DNA of 64,000 nucleotides. Source: an uncultured Gammaproteobacteria bacterium. GTDB taxonomy: Bacteria > Patescibacteriota > Patescibacteriia > UBA9934 > GWF2-40-263. A program made the translations under genes and the position numbers. The notes beneath the pieces were generated by a model. The model was given only the letters and a program-made list of their open reading frames with translations, ran no database searches and had not been told where the DNA came from. Shown one piece after another: positions 49,458-59,209 of this stretch. Position 1 is the stretch's first letter, and each line of letters begins with the position of its first letter. The stretch is from NCBI GenBank assembly GCA_964402425.1, contig CAYOCD010000002.1:27612-91611 (forward strand), read 5' to 3'.

Positions 49458-51302
49458 TTAGCCCGTATTTGCTTGTGTGTCAATAATAACACGATCCGGA
49501 AAGCTCCGAAATAACGTGAGAAGTTTTGATCGATCTTCTTGCGGATAGCGAATTTCAAGAAGGTATTCATTTTGATTCTGAGACTTTGTTTTTTTGATGC
49601 GAGCCATGCTTGAGACGCCACGAATCTGTTGAACAAGTTGGTTTTGAAAAATATCTGCTTTGCGTGGTTCTTTTTCATCAAAATGAAGGGTAGAAATCTC
49701 GCAGAATGGTGGTTGAATATAGGATTGACGTGCTTCTTGTTCGATGGCAAGGGAAGTGGTTGGATTCTGAAAGTATTCAGTAAAAAAAGGAACGGAGCGT
49801 GTTTGAACAAAAAATTGTGCGCGATTCGCAAACGCTAAGGCACGCCAGCCCTCGCATTCATAGAGGGCCGCTTCGCTTGCTCGATATGTTGGTCGAAAAA
49901 GGGGTGCATCCGCATCAAGAACAACGACAAGAGCGAATTGATCCGGTTTGAAGGCGTTTGCCATTTGTTCAAGGTAGTATGAGGTCGCAATAACAAGTGG
50001 TGCAATCGCGTTCATGTGCGGATGTTCTTTGTCGATAAGACACGTTGTTGTGTTTGGGAATTCTTTTCGGAGCAGTGCGTCAATTTTTTGATTTCCAAAT
50101 CCAGATTCTTTAAGCGTTATCTCATGACATTTGGGACAGGAGCGAATGATGGGAATTGATGATTTACATCGAACACATCTCATGAATAAATCATCGAGAA
50201 TCATTCCGTTGCCACATGTTTCACAGACAACATCTGATCCGCATGATAAACATGCCAAGCGTCGTGCATGATATTTTTTATTCAATACAACAAGCACTCG
50301 TTCGCCGCGTTCAAGATGGGATTGTGTTGTTTGATATGTTTCGTGCGAAATCCAATGTCCAATTGCGGATGCGCGGCTTTGATGTTCCATGTCGATGATC
50401 TGCGGAGCAAGATTTGGAGAAGACCCGAGGATGTTCGTTTTTGAAAAAATGACCGTATCCTCAATACGAGGCATCACATCAAGAAAAAAAAGGTTTGTAT
50501 GGTGGTGTTCTGCAATGAGATGAGAAAGAGTACGTGCATCAAATCGAGGGTTTTGTTCATGATGCCCATGATTTTCATGGCTTGAACGAGCGACAAAAAT
50601 GGTTGTTGTTTTTGTGTCTACCGCAAAGAGACAGTTTTTTGTTCCAACCATAACGCAGGCATCTGTTTTACGAAAGGCATTCCAAACTGAAAATTGTGTG
50701 CCCGTGTTTTCTTCACCTGTAAGAAGAAAACGCGTTTCGATTGGCAGGTGCGCATATAGACGCTGCGCATCAAGAATTGTAGGACAAAGGACAATGCATT
50801 TTTGATCAGGTTTGAGACGTACAAAACCAGCAATAACACAGGCCATGCGGCGTATGTCTGATGTGTATACAAACGCACGACTTCGTTCTGTTAATTGCTG
50901 AGCAAGGAGTTGAAGTCCGTCAAGTTCTGAAGGGGAAATGGTTAGTGGCTCATTTGGAGGTACTGAGGGTGTTTTTGTCGATACACGCTTTGGAAATTCA
51001 GGAAGACAGCTATTTAAAATAGATGGAACAGATTGAGCAAGCTCAATGGCAATATTTTCGAATAATTTCAATTCTGTGTCTGAAAATACAACACGAGAGT
51101 CATAACGCGTAATAGATTTGAGTCGAAAACCATGATCTGCAACATCTTTTACACGAGCAATAACTCCGAATATTGATGTGTTCCGGAAGGGAATCACAAC
51201 AACATCACCTCGTTTGAGATGATGAAGTTCTTCTGGGATGGCATAATCAAAGACACGTACGTGTCGAGGCATGCGCATGATCGGATACACCTCTGCGATC
51301 AT
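49458..51302 (-). CDS. priA: primosomal protein N' (degenerate helicase motifs)
   Basis: N-terminal FDYAIP...VVIPF, PRFDAR, four CxxC pairs, PPF; next to def-fmt. Confidence 0.8.
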   Translation of the reverse strand: MIAEVYPIMRMPRHVRVFDYAIPEELHHLKRGDVVVIPFRNTSIFGVIARVKDVADHGFRLKSITRYDSRVVFSDTELKLFENIAIELAQSVPSILNSCLPEFPKRVSTKTPSVPPNEPLTISPSELDGLQLLAQQLTERSRAFVYTSDIRRMACVIAGFVRLKPDQKCIVLCPTILDAQRLYAHLPIETRFLLTGEENTGTQFSVWNAFRKTDACVMVGTKNCLFAVDTKTTTIFVARSSHENHGHHEQNPRFDARTLSHLIAEHHHTNLFFLDVMPRIEDTVIFSKTNILGSSPNLAPQIIDMEHQSRASAIGHWISHETYQTTQSHLERGERVLVVLNKKYHARRLACLSCGSDVVCETCGNGMILDDLFMRCVRCKSSIPIIRSCPKCHEITLKESGFGNQKIDALLRKEFPNTTTCLIDKEHPHMNAIAPLVIATSYYLEQMANAFKPDQFALVVVLDADAPLFRPTYRASEAALYECEGWRALAFANRAQFFVQTRSVPFFTEYFQNPTTSLAIEQEARQSYIQPPFCEISTLHFDEKEPRKADIFQNQLVQQIRGVSSMARIKKTKSQNQNEYLLEIRYPQEDRSKLLTLFRSFPDRVIIDTQANTG

Positions 51303-52099
51303 AATTCATTGAGATGAAATTGAGCAACAAGTTGTCCTACACCAAACGGATGCTCATACGATACAATTTCAGGACGAATGGGCATTTTTTCTAGTAGACC
51401 AAACAAGATAAGTAATGGACGATAAGCACACTCATGCGACTCTTTAAGAGATGTTTCATTGATTGATAAGAGTTGAGAAAGAGACATGTTTTTCATTGAT
51501 TCCAAAATGGCTTCATCTATCTCTTTTCCGGAAGCGTGAAAACCAGCCGGTGCATCAGATGAGAGTGTGTGAGAAAGATCTCCAGAGGCAATGACGGCAA
51601 TGCGTTTTGATGAGGCAACACAAAGATCTTTTAAGATGCGTCCAAACTCTACATGTGCTTTTGGGGAAAGAAAACTATATCTGATTGGGGCAATGACGTG
51701 TGTATTTGGCAATGTGCTTGTAAGAAGAACAAGAGGGACGCCAATTTCATAATCCAAGACAGCTTCGGATTCAAGGGTGAAAGGCAATGATTCAATGCGC
51801 ATGCGGCGTTGAATTTGAGTCATGAATTCTAAATCTGGTTGGAAGGTTCCTTTTGTTTGATGATCTCCGAATTCTTGAAAATCTACATCATACGTTTTAT
51901 GCATGTTGAGTGAAAACGCATCTTTATACGCATTGCGATGTGTTGAAATGGTTAAAATAACATCGGGACGAGATGCGTAAAGTTCTTCTGCAAGTTTTTG
52001 CATGGCATCATTTGTTTCTTGTAATGCTTTTGTGTTTTCTTTTCCTATTGTCTGAAGCAAAAGAGGGGAGTGTGGAGTAAACGCAGCGAACGTAATCAT
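51299..52099 (-). CDS. Memo/LigB-fold protein (AmmeMemoRadiSam protein B-like)
   Basis: PHSPLL, IASGDLSH, ECAYRP, YEHPFGVG. Confidence 0.8.
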   Translation of the reverse strand: MITFAAFTPHSPLLLQTIGKENTKALQETNDAMQKLAEELYASRPDVILTISTHRNAYKDAFSLNMHKTYDVDFQEFGDHQTKGTFQPDLEFMTQIQRRMRIESLPFTLESEAVLDYEIGVPLVLLTSTLPNTHVIAPIRYSFLSPKAHVEFGRILKDLCVASSKRIAVIASGDLSHTLSSDAPAGFHASGKEIDEAILESMKNMSLSQLLSINETSLKESHECAYRPLLILFGLLEKMPIRPEIVSYEHPFGVGQLVAQFHLNEL

Positions 52100-52100
52100 A

Positions 52101-53108
52101 TTAAATCGGAAAAATGAGAGATCCTTCCTTGTATCGTTTTAAGTCGTTCCCTTCAACCGGAATCACATCATCGATGTGAAACCCTGCATTATGAAATGCT
52201 TGCATAGAGACGAATCCTCGTTTGACATGATCGACAATGAGAAAAATAGATCCGTTTGGTGTGCGCAGAAGGGAATAGTTTGGAAAATCAATAGGAGCTC
52301 CATCCGGATATTGTTCTATGACAGAAATACTGGTTGGAACAATGGTGTTTGTGTTGAAACGAGATTTAAGAACGGCTTCTGAGATGATTGGACGTTTTTT
52401 TTCGCCTTGTACAAGCCATACAGCACCTGTTTTGCGATTTTGAATGAGTGTTCCGTCAGGAAATTTTTTTGTGAACCAACGGTTCCAAATATTCATAAAG
52501 TTCACATTTCCTTGTTTGTGGGGAGTATAGGTATATAAAGCAGCTGTTGCATTATTTTGAGGAACAAGTGCTGAGCCGTCAATAACGGATTCGATTCCAG
52601 GACCGTATCCGGAAACAGTCTTGCCACTTGTTGTGAGTTTAGAGAGATACGATTCTCGAATACGCTGTGATGCGTAATAAACTTGTTTTCCAAAACCACG
52701 ATATTTTTGAAGAAGTGGATCTGATTTAGAACAATCATCACAGATCGCATATCCCATTGCCCAGTCAAGTTGTCTTTGAGTTACTTTCTTGCTTTCCACA
52801 AGACTTTGTTCTTTTTGGAGAGTGACAAGAATAACCCGAGGATTTAAATTAAATTCTTTTGCGGTGTTTGCAATGATTTCTGCTGCTGAACGAGTGACAC
52901 CTTTTATGTCTTTTGTTTTGTAATTTCCAAGAAATCCATTTGCTAAAAATACTTGAATGTCTTCACGCGTCATTGTGTCAACATCTGTCATGTCCGCGTC
53001 TGATAACAAATGCTCAGGGCTTGGAGCGAGTGATGTCGCCAAAACAACCGACGGGATCAACGTAGAAAGAAAAAATGCAAGGATAATAACAGAAAAAAAC
53101 ATTCTCAT
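52101..53108 (-). CDS. secreted hypothetical protein (LQKEQSL / ATAALYTYTPH domain plus C-terminal surface repeats)
   Basis: Signal peptide; conserved-looking motifs; own promoter TTGTCC-N17-TATACT. Confidence 0.7.
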   Translation of the reverse strand: MRMFFSVIILAFFLSTLIPSVVLATSLAPSPEHLLSDADMTDVDTMTREDIQVFLANGFLGNYKTKDIKGVTRSAAEIIANTAKEFNLNPRVILVTLQKEQSLVESKKVTQRQLDWAMGYAICDDCSKSDPLLQKYRGFGKQVYYASQRIRESYLSKLTTSGKTVSGYGPGIESVIDGSALVPQNNATAALYTYTPHKQGNVNFMNIWNRWFTKKFPDGTLIQNRKTGAVWLVQGEKKRPIISEAVLKSRFNTNTIVPTSISVIEQYPDGAPIDFPNYSLLRTPNGSIFLIVDHVKRGFVSMQAFHNAGFHIDDVIPVEGNDLKRYKEGSLIFPI

Positions 53109-53146
53109 GAGCCTTTAGTATAGCGCAAAACATCTGATTGGACAAA

Positions 53147-53176
53147 CAAAATACAAGCCAAAAAGCTTGTATTTTG
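53147..53176 (-). terminator. terminator after clpB
   Basis: CAAAATACAAGC-caaaaa-GCTTGTATTTTG. Confidence 0.7.
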
Positions 53177-53181
53177 AGGGC

Positions 53182-55830
53182 TTATCGTGTTTTGGTTGAG
53201 ATGGTGATTTCTTCTTGCTTTGTGTTAATGAGAACGTTTTTTCCTTCTTTAATTTCGCCAGATACGATTTTGAGAGCAAGCGGATCAAGAATACGTGTCT
53301 GAATGATTCGCTTTACGGGACGAGCGCCGTATGATGGATCATATCCAAGTTTTGCAATAAGGGCTCGAGCCGATTCAGATACAACGAGTTCAATATGTCG
53401 TTGGGTCTTAAGTCTGTAAGCAACACGATCCAGCTGAATTTGTACAATAGCTTCCATGTCTTCTGAGCGAAGTGCATGAAAGACAATTGTTTCGTCTATG
53501 CGGTTTAAGAACTCAGGGCGGAAATGATCTTTTAATAAACTCATGATCGTTTCCCGAATTTCTTTGTCTGAGCTTGTTTCTGTTTCAGATTCTTCATGAA
53601 AACCCATTGCTCCAGTACCAGACCCCGCGTTGAGAATAAGATCAGATCCAACGTTGGATGTCATGATGATAATCGTATTTTTAAAGTTTACTTTACGACC
53701 TTTTGCATCTGTCAGATGTCCTTCGTCGAGAATTTGGAGAAGGAGGTTGAAGGTGTCTGGATGAGCTTTTTCAATTTCATCAAACAGCAAAACGGAATAT
53801 GGTTTACGTCGCACAAGTTCAGTTAACTGACCACCTTCTTCATATCCGACATAGCCAGGTGGGGAACCAATGATTTTTGATGTTGCGTGTTTTTCCATAT
53901 ATTCGCTCATGTCGAGGCGAATCATGGCAGATTCATCATTGAACATAAACTCCGCGAGCGCGCGAGCGAGTTCTGTTTTTCCAACTCCGGTAGGTCCAAG
54001 AAAAATAAATGAACCAATTGGACGATGTTCTTCCCCGATTCCTGCACGAGAACGACGTAACGCATTTGATACGGCGGTGATAGCTTCTGTTTGTCCGATG
54101 ACACGTTTTGAGAGGTCATCTTCCATGCGTGTCAATTTTTTCATTTCAGATTCGAGCATTTTTGAAACAGGAATGTTTGTCCATCGTGAAACAACAGTGG
54201 CAATATCTTCTTCTGTAATGACTTCTTTCAAAAGTCCGCGTTCTTTTTGAATTTTTCGAAGCGCATCTTCAGCCGCCTTCAGTTTCTTTTCTTCAACAGG
54301 CAAATTTGCATAACGAATCTCAGCCACTTTTTCAAGGTTTCCTTTACGTTCCTCTTGTTCTGCTTGTAGTTTTAATCGATCGATTGACGATTTAATTTCG
54401 CGAATGAATGTGATTTTTTCTTTTTCATTTCGCCATTTTCCCTCAAACGCCTCTGTTTGCTCACGCAGATCCGCAATATCTTTTTCGATATTCTTGAGAC
54501 GCGTTTTTGATTCTTTATCATCTTCTTTTTGAAGGGCTTTTTCTTCAATCTCAAGGCGCATCAGATCTCGCTTTAATACATCGAGTTCTTCTGGCATGGA
54601 ATCGATTTGCATACGAAGAGCTGATCCTGCCTCATCCATAAGATCAACCGCTTTATCTGGCAGGTTTCGGTCTGTGATGTAGCGATCAGATAATTCTGCG
54701 GCAGAGATAAGGGAAGGATCCGAAATACGAATTCCGTGGTGAGCTTCATATTTCTCTTTAATTCCACGCAAAATAGCGATTGTATCTTCAACAGTTGGTT
54801 CATCAACAATAACTGGCTGGAAACGACGTTCGAGAGCTGGATCTTTTTCAATATAACGTTGATATTCTTTTAAAGTTGTTGCACCAATAGCTCGAAGTTT
54901 TCCGCGAGCCAATGCAGGTTTTAGCATGTTTGAAGCATCCATAGTTCCGCCTTCCGTTGTTCCTGTTCCAACAAGTGTATGAAGTTCATCGATAAACAAA
55001 ATAATTTGTCCACCGGAATTTTCTATTTCTTTAATAACAGCTTTCAATCGTTCTTCAAATTCACCTCGAAATTTTGTACCTGCAACAAGTGCGCCAACAT
55101 CAAGCATGAAAATCGATTTGTTCTTAAGAAGTTCAGGGACATCTCCGGATGCAATGCGTTGAGCAAGCCCTTCCACAACCGCAGTCTTTCCAACGCCCGC
55201 CTCTCCGATCAAAACAGGATTGTTCTTTGTGCGACGAGAAAGGACCTGCATGAGGCGTCTGATTTCCGTATCGCGACCAATGACAGGATCAAGTTCGCCA
55301 AGGCGCGCAGCTTCTGTGAGATCTGTTCCGTATTTTTGTAATGTTTGATAGCGCGCCTCAGGTTCAGCTGTATCTACACGCTGAGCTCCGCGAATGTCTT
55401 TAAGCGCACGCATCACAGACTCTTCTGTGATTTCATATTTTGCCAACAACTGCTCAACAGGCTTATTTGTTAACAGGGCGAGAAGCAAGTGTTCTGTAGA
55501 AATAAAATCATCTTTAAATTCTTTTGCTTTTTTGTGTGCCATCGATAATACCTCGACCATTTGTTGCGAGAGGTACAATTGTCCAACTCCACCTGCTTGC
55601 GGAGCAGGGGATTTGGGGAGTGTTTCAAGAATATGATCAAGCTCATGACGAAGATTGGATTCTTGCGTGGTGATTTTATCGATAAGTGTTGGAATGATTC
55701 CGTCTTCTTGTGTAAGCAAAGAAACAAGAAGATGAATTGGCTCAAGCGCGGGCTGACCATTTTCAAGGGCAATATTATGCGCACGCTGGAGAGCTTCTTG
55801 TGATTTTAACGTAAAATTATTTGGCATCAT
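53182..55830 (-). CDS. clpB: ATP-dependent chaperone ClpB
   Basis: Clp N domains, GEAGVGKT, long coiled-coil middle domain, [17 protein letters not shown]. Confidence 0.95.
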   Translation of the reverse strand: MMPNNFTLKSQEALQRAHNIALENGQPALEPIHLLVSLLTQEDGIIPTLIDKITTQESNLRHELDHILETLPKSPAPQAGGVGQLYLSQQMVEVLSMAHKKAKEFKDDFISTEHLLLALLTNKPVEQLLAKYEITEESVMRALKDIRGAQRVDTAEPEARYQTLQKYGTDLTEAARLGELDPVIGRDTEIRRLMQVLSRRTKNNPVLIGEAGVGKTAVVEGLAQRIASGDVPELLKNKSIFMLDVGALVAGTKFRGEFEERLKAVIKEIENSGGQIILFIDELHTLVGTGTTEGGTMDASNMLKPALARGKLRAIGATTLKEYQRYIEKDPALERRFQPVIVDEPTVEDTIAILRGIKEKYEAHHGIRISDPSLISAAELSDRYITDRNLPDKAVDLMDEAGSALRMQIDSMPEELDVLKRDLMRLEIEEKALQKEDDKESKTRLKNIEKDIADLREQTEAFEGKWRNEKEKITFIREIKSSIDRLKLQAEQEERKGNLEKVAEIRYANLPVEEKKLKAAEDALRKIQKERGLLKEVITEEDIATVVSRWTNIPVSKMLESEMKKLTRMEDDLSKRVIGQTEAITAVSNALRRSRAGIGEEHRPIGSFIFLGPTGVGKTELARALAEFMFNDESAMIRLDMSEYMEKHATSKIIGSPPGYVGYEEGGQLTELVRRKPYSVLLFDEIEKAHPDTFNLLLQILDEGHLTDAKGRKVNFKNTIIIMTSNVGSDLILNAGSGTGAMGFHEESETETSSDKEIRETIMSLLKDHFRPEFLNRIDETIVFHALRSEDMEAIVQIQLDRVAYRLKTQRHIELVVSESARALIAKLGYDPSYGARPVKRIIQTRILDPLALKIVSGEIKEGKNVLINTKQEEITISTKTR

Positions 55831-55880
55831 ATGGGAAAGATTTGAAAAGTCGGAAAGGTCGAAAATGTTTGAGAGACAAA

Positions 55881-55907
55881 TTAGCACTCATAATGTTAGA
55901 GTGCTAA
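55881..55907. promoter_or_regulatory. CIRCE element (HrcA operator) upstream of clpB
   Basis: Perfect TTAGCACTC-N9-GAGTGCTAA. Confidence 0.95.
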
Positions 55908-55922
55908 TTTATAATTGTCAAC

Positions 55923-55950
55923 AAAAAAAGCTCTTCATGAATGAAGAGCT
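55923..55950 (-). terminator. intrinsic terminator
   Basis: AGCTCTTCAT-ga-ATGAAGAGCT with a T-run on the minus strand. Confidence 0.75.
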
Positions 55951-55953
55951 AAG

Positions 55954-56820
55954 TTATTTTGGTACCTTCATCGTAACGATGTGGTTGCCTACATGGCCCA
56001 TGTAGCAAAGGCCGTGGGTGGGGTGATTGAAAAGAGAACTCACTTTTTCAAATGTAGGATGAGGACCTGACTTAAAAACCCAACGTTCCATCTTGTGTCG
56101 AGCGGTAGTGACTTCTGCAAATTGATTTCCGCGAAGCTCGACACCATGAAGTACATTGTCTTGAATGTTTGCGATGGGATCTTCTTCGAAGCGTCCGAAT
56201 TTAAGGACATAATCGTCTGCGTAAACTCCATAGACGGCACCCGCCTCAGATTCCATGAGCGATTTGTACCTGCGTGTTGTGGTGCTACAAGGAGTTGAGG
56301 CACACGAATCGAGATTCACTGTCTGATACTCAGAACAAAACATCTTTTCACACACGATCAAAACGGATCCGTCGCGTCGCAGAAGGGCATGATTGATACC
56401 GCTTGTAAGGAAAACAATTTTGTCCCCATACATCAATACACTGTCATGACATTGAGCTTCCGCAAGTCCATCTTTTTCGATCCGAATGAATTCACCTTTA
56501 TACACACCGAGGGGCACAATGCTCGTAGTAGGACCTATTTGATACTCACGGTTCAGACAAATGAATTTGTGCTCGATGACTCTTCGACCAAATCCGCTAA
56601 AAATAACCCCACCGACTCCATCAGGAATCCAATTGCCTATTCCGTGCATTTCTTCGGTTGGTAGACTAAATAGACCAACGGCTTCATCTGGAATGAGAAC
56701 TCCTGGATTCTTCCCGAATTTTATCACCAGATCTGGAGTGATAGGATCGTCTTTTGCAAGGATCTGATCTGTTAACCAATGCATACGCCTGAGCGCACTA
56801 AGTTCATCGGTATTACGCAT
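55954..56820 (-). CDS. hypothetical protein
   Basis: 288 aa, AAGGAG SD, own terminator; no family recognised. Confidence 0.65.
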   Translation of the reverse strand: MRNTDELSALRRMHWLTDQILAKDDPITPDLVIKFGKNPGVLIPDEAVGLFSLPTEEMHGIGNWIPDGVGGVIFSGFGRRVIEHKFICLNREYQIGPTTSIVPLGVYKGEFIRIEKDGLAEAQCHDSVLMYGDKIVFLTSGINHALLRRDGSVLIVCEKMFCSEYQTVNLDSCASTPCSTTTRRYKSLMESEAGAVYGVYADDYVLKFGRFEEDPIANIQDNVLHGVELRGNQFAEVTTARHKMERWVFKSGPHPTFEKVSSLFNHPTHGLCYMGHVGNHIVTMKVPK

Positions 56821-56991
56821 GAGCTACACTCCTTCATACCTCGCGCATTTCCACACGTTTCCTAAGCACTGTGCCGCGGAAAAATGAAAGGAAATTGCTA
56901 AAGGACTTTGTCATAACCTCAAAAGAGAGATCAGACCTACTTCATCAGAAAATCTTGATATTGTCAAGGAATTACGGTAATATTTGTGTAT

Positions 56992-57789
56992 ATGCGGCAC
57001 CATCTTTTTGAGGTTCCAATCGATGATTTTTCGAATGCAGAACTTGACCAACAACTGACTGAGTGGGTAAACGGCACTGTGTCAAAATTCCTCACAACTC
57101 CAAATCCGGAGTTTCTTTTGCTTGCTCGGAAAGATGAAGAGTTTCGAAAGATTTTGCAGTCGAGTGATCTATCACTTCCAGATGGTGTGGGGCTTAGATA
57201 TGCGATCGCTGCACTCACAGATAAACGTCTTTTACATCGACAAACCGGAGTAGAACTTGTTGAGAAACTCATGAAAGTTGCACATGAACATCATAAACAC
57301 ATTTTACTTGTTGGTGGGGAAGAGGGTTCTGCGGAAATGACAAAACGGCGTTTTGAACAAAAATATCACGGATTAAAGATTTCCGTTTTAGAACTTGGTC
57401 GTGTAAATTTTCCAGTTTCCGAATCTATTAAGAAAAGTATTTTTGAAGTTTCACCAGACATCCTTTTAGTTGCGCTTGGTCAAAAAAAGCAGGAAAAATT
57501 TATTTATGAAGTATTACCAAGCGTTCCGTCTATTCGTCTTGCTGTCGGGATCGGTGGCGCGTTTGAAATGCTTGCGGGATTAAAGCCTCGTGCTCCGCGT
57601 TTACTGTCACAAATGGGTCTTGAATGGGCTTGGCGCGTAATCATTGAGCCGCGACGCATTGGCCGTATTCTAAATGCGAGTCTTGTCTTTCCGATCGTGG
57701 TTGTTTGCGGTACACTAAACCAGCAGAGATTTTTAAAGGCTTGTCGCAATGTTATTCCTGAAATTTATCGTCAATTAACTGGATTATGA
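56992..57789 (+). CDS. WecB/TagA/CpsF (GT26) glycosyltransferase
   Basis: TPNPEF, PDGVG, RQTGVEL, ALGQKKQE, GIGGAF, GLEWAWR. Confidence 0.92.
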   Translation: MRHHLFEVPIDDFSNAELDQQLTEWVNGTVSKFLTTPNPEFLLLARKDEEFRKILQSSDLSLPDGVGLRYAIAALTDKRLLHRQTGVELVEKLMKVAHEHHKHILLVGGEEGSAEMTKRRFEQKYHGLKISVLELGRVNFPVSESIKKSIFEVSPDILLVALGQKKQEKFIYEVLPSVPSIRLAVGIGGAFEMLAGLKPRAPRLLSQMGLEWAWRVIIEPRRIGRILNASLVFPIVVVCGTLNQQRFLKACRNVIPEIYRQLTGL

Positions 57790-59207
57790 AAGTTGTTACT
57801 CGATTTGCCCCCTCTCCAACAGGTTATCTTCACGTCGGCGGTTTGCGCACGGCACTTTATAGTTATCTATACGCCAAACAACAAAATGGCGATTTTATTC
57901 TACGCATTGAAGACACAGATCAAGCACGCCTTGTTCCTGGTGCTGTTGAGGCTCTCATCAAAACTCTCACATTTATGGGGCTCCCCCCAGACAAAGGGCC
58001 TTATATTCAGTCTGAACGTCTTGAGCTTTATCGTGAGCACGTACAGCGTCTGCTTGATAGAGGCGACGCATACTATTGTTTTTGTACAAAAGAACGCTTA
58101 GTGGCACTCAGAGAAGAGCAGCAAACAAATAAAACACCCATGAAATATGATCGTGCCTGTTTGCATCTGTCAAAAGATGAGATCGAACAAAAGATTGCGG
58201 CAAATGAACCGTGTGTCGTTCGATTACTTGTTCCAGAAGGGAAGACAACGTTTATAGATGAGATTCGGGGAGAAATCACAATCGATAATAAAGAAGTGGA
58301 TGATCAAGTCTTGTTAAAAACGGATGGATTTCCAACGTATCATCTTGCTGTTGTTGTTGATGATAATGACATGCATGTAACACACATTATTCGTGGTGAT
58401 GAATGGATTTCTTCCGTTCCAAAGCATATTATTTTGTACAACATGTTTGGTTTTACGATTCCAAAATTTGCTCATTTGCCGCTTATTTTGAATCCAGACA
58501 AGTCTAAGCTCTCTAAACGACAAGGAGATGTTGCTGTCGAAGATTATCTAGCTAAAGGATACTTACCAGAAACCTTGCTTAATTTTGTCGCTCTGCTTGG
58601 ATTTAATCCGACCGCTGATCGTGAAATCTATTCATTTGAAGAACTTATTCGTTTGTTTGAACTGTCAAAAATCAATAAAAGTGGTGCTGTTTTTGATCAC
58701 GCAAAACTTGATTGGATGAACGGCATGTATCTTCGAACGAAATCAACACAAGAAATTCTCACTCTTGCAAAGCCGTTTCTTGAAAAAGCAAACATGGAGA
58801 TCAACTCTGCATTTTTGACACGCATCTGCGAAATTGAAAAAGATCGCCTCGTTACTCTGCAAGATCTTGCAGACCGCGCACAAGAGTATTTAAAGGCAAT
58901 TGAATACGATCCAGCAATGCTTGTCTGGAAAAAAGCAGATGTGGCTGATGCCTACTCGCATCTTCATGCGCTTCGTACATTGCTTGAGAATGCGTCGAAT
59001 GAAACATTTAGTGATCGCACGCTTCTCGAAGTCGTCGTAAAGAAGTATATTGAAGAGGGAAGTTTTCAAAATGGAAATGTCTTGTGGCCATTGCGTGCTG
59101 CCCTTTCCGGAAAAGAAAAATCTCCAAACCCATTTGAATTAGTTTGGATTTTTGGAAAAGAAGAATCGCTTAACCGTATTGATCACGCCCTTTCGATCTT
59201 AAAATAG
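57786..59207 (+). CDS. gltX: glutamate--tRNA ligase
   Basis: RFAPSPTGYLHVG, LRIEDTD, KLSKR. Confidence 0.97.
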   Translation: MKVVTRFAPSPTGYLHVGGLRTALYSYLYAKQQNGDFILRIEDTDQARLVPGAVEALIKTLTFMGLPPDKGPYIQSERLELYREHVQRLLDRGDAYYCFCTKERLVALREEQQTNKTPMKYDRACLHLSKDEIEQKIAANEPCVVRLLVPEGKTTFIDEIRGEITIDNKEVDDQVLLKTDGFPTYHLAVVVDDNDMHVTHIIRGDEWISSVPKHIILYNMFGFTIPKFAHLPLILNPDKSKLSKRQGDVAVEDYLAKGYLPETLLNFVALLGFNPTADREIYSFEELIRLFELSKINKSGAVFDHAKLDWMNGMYLRTKSTQEILTLAKPFLEKANMEINSAFLTRICEIEKDRLVTLQDLADRAQEYLKAIEYDPAMLVWKKADVADAYSHLHALRTLLENASNETFSDRTLLEVVVKKYIEEGSFQNGNVLWPLRAALSGKEKSPNPFELVWIFGKEESLNRIDHALSILK

Positions 59208-59209
59208 GT

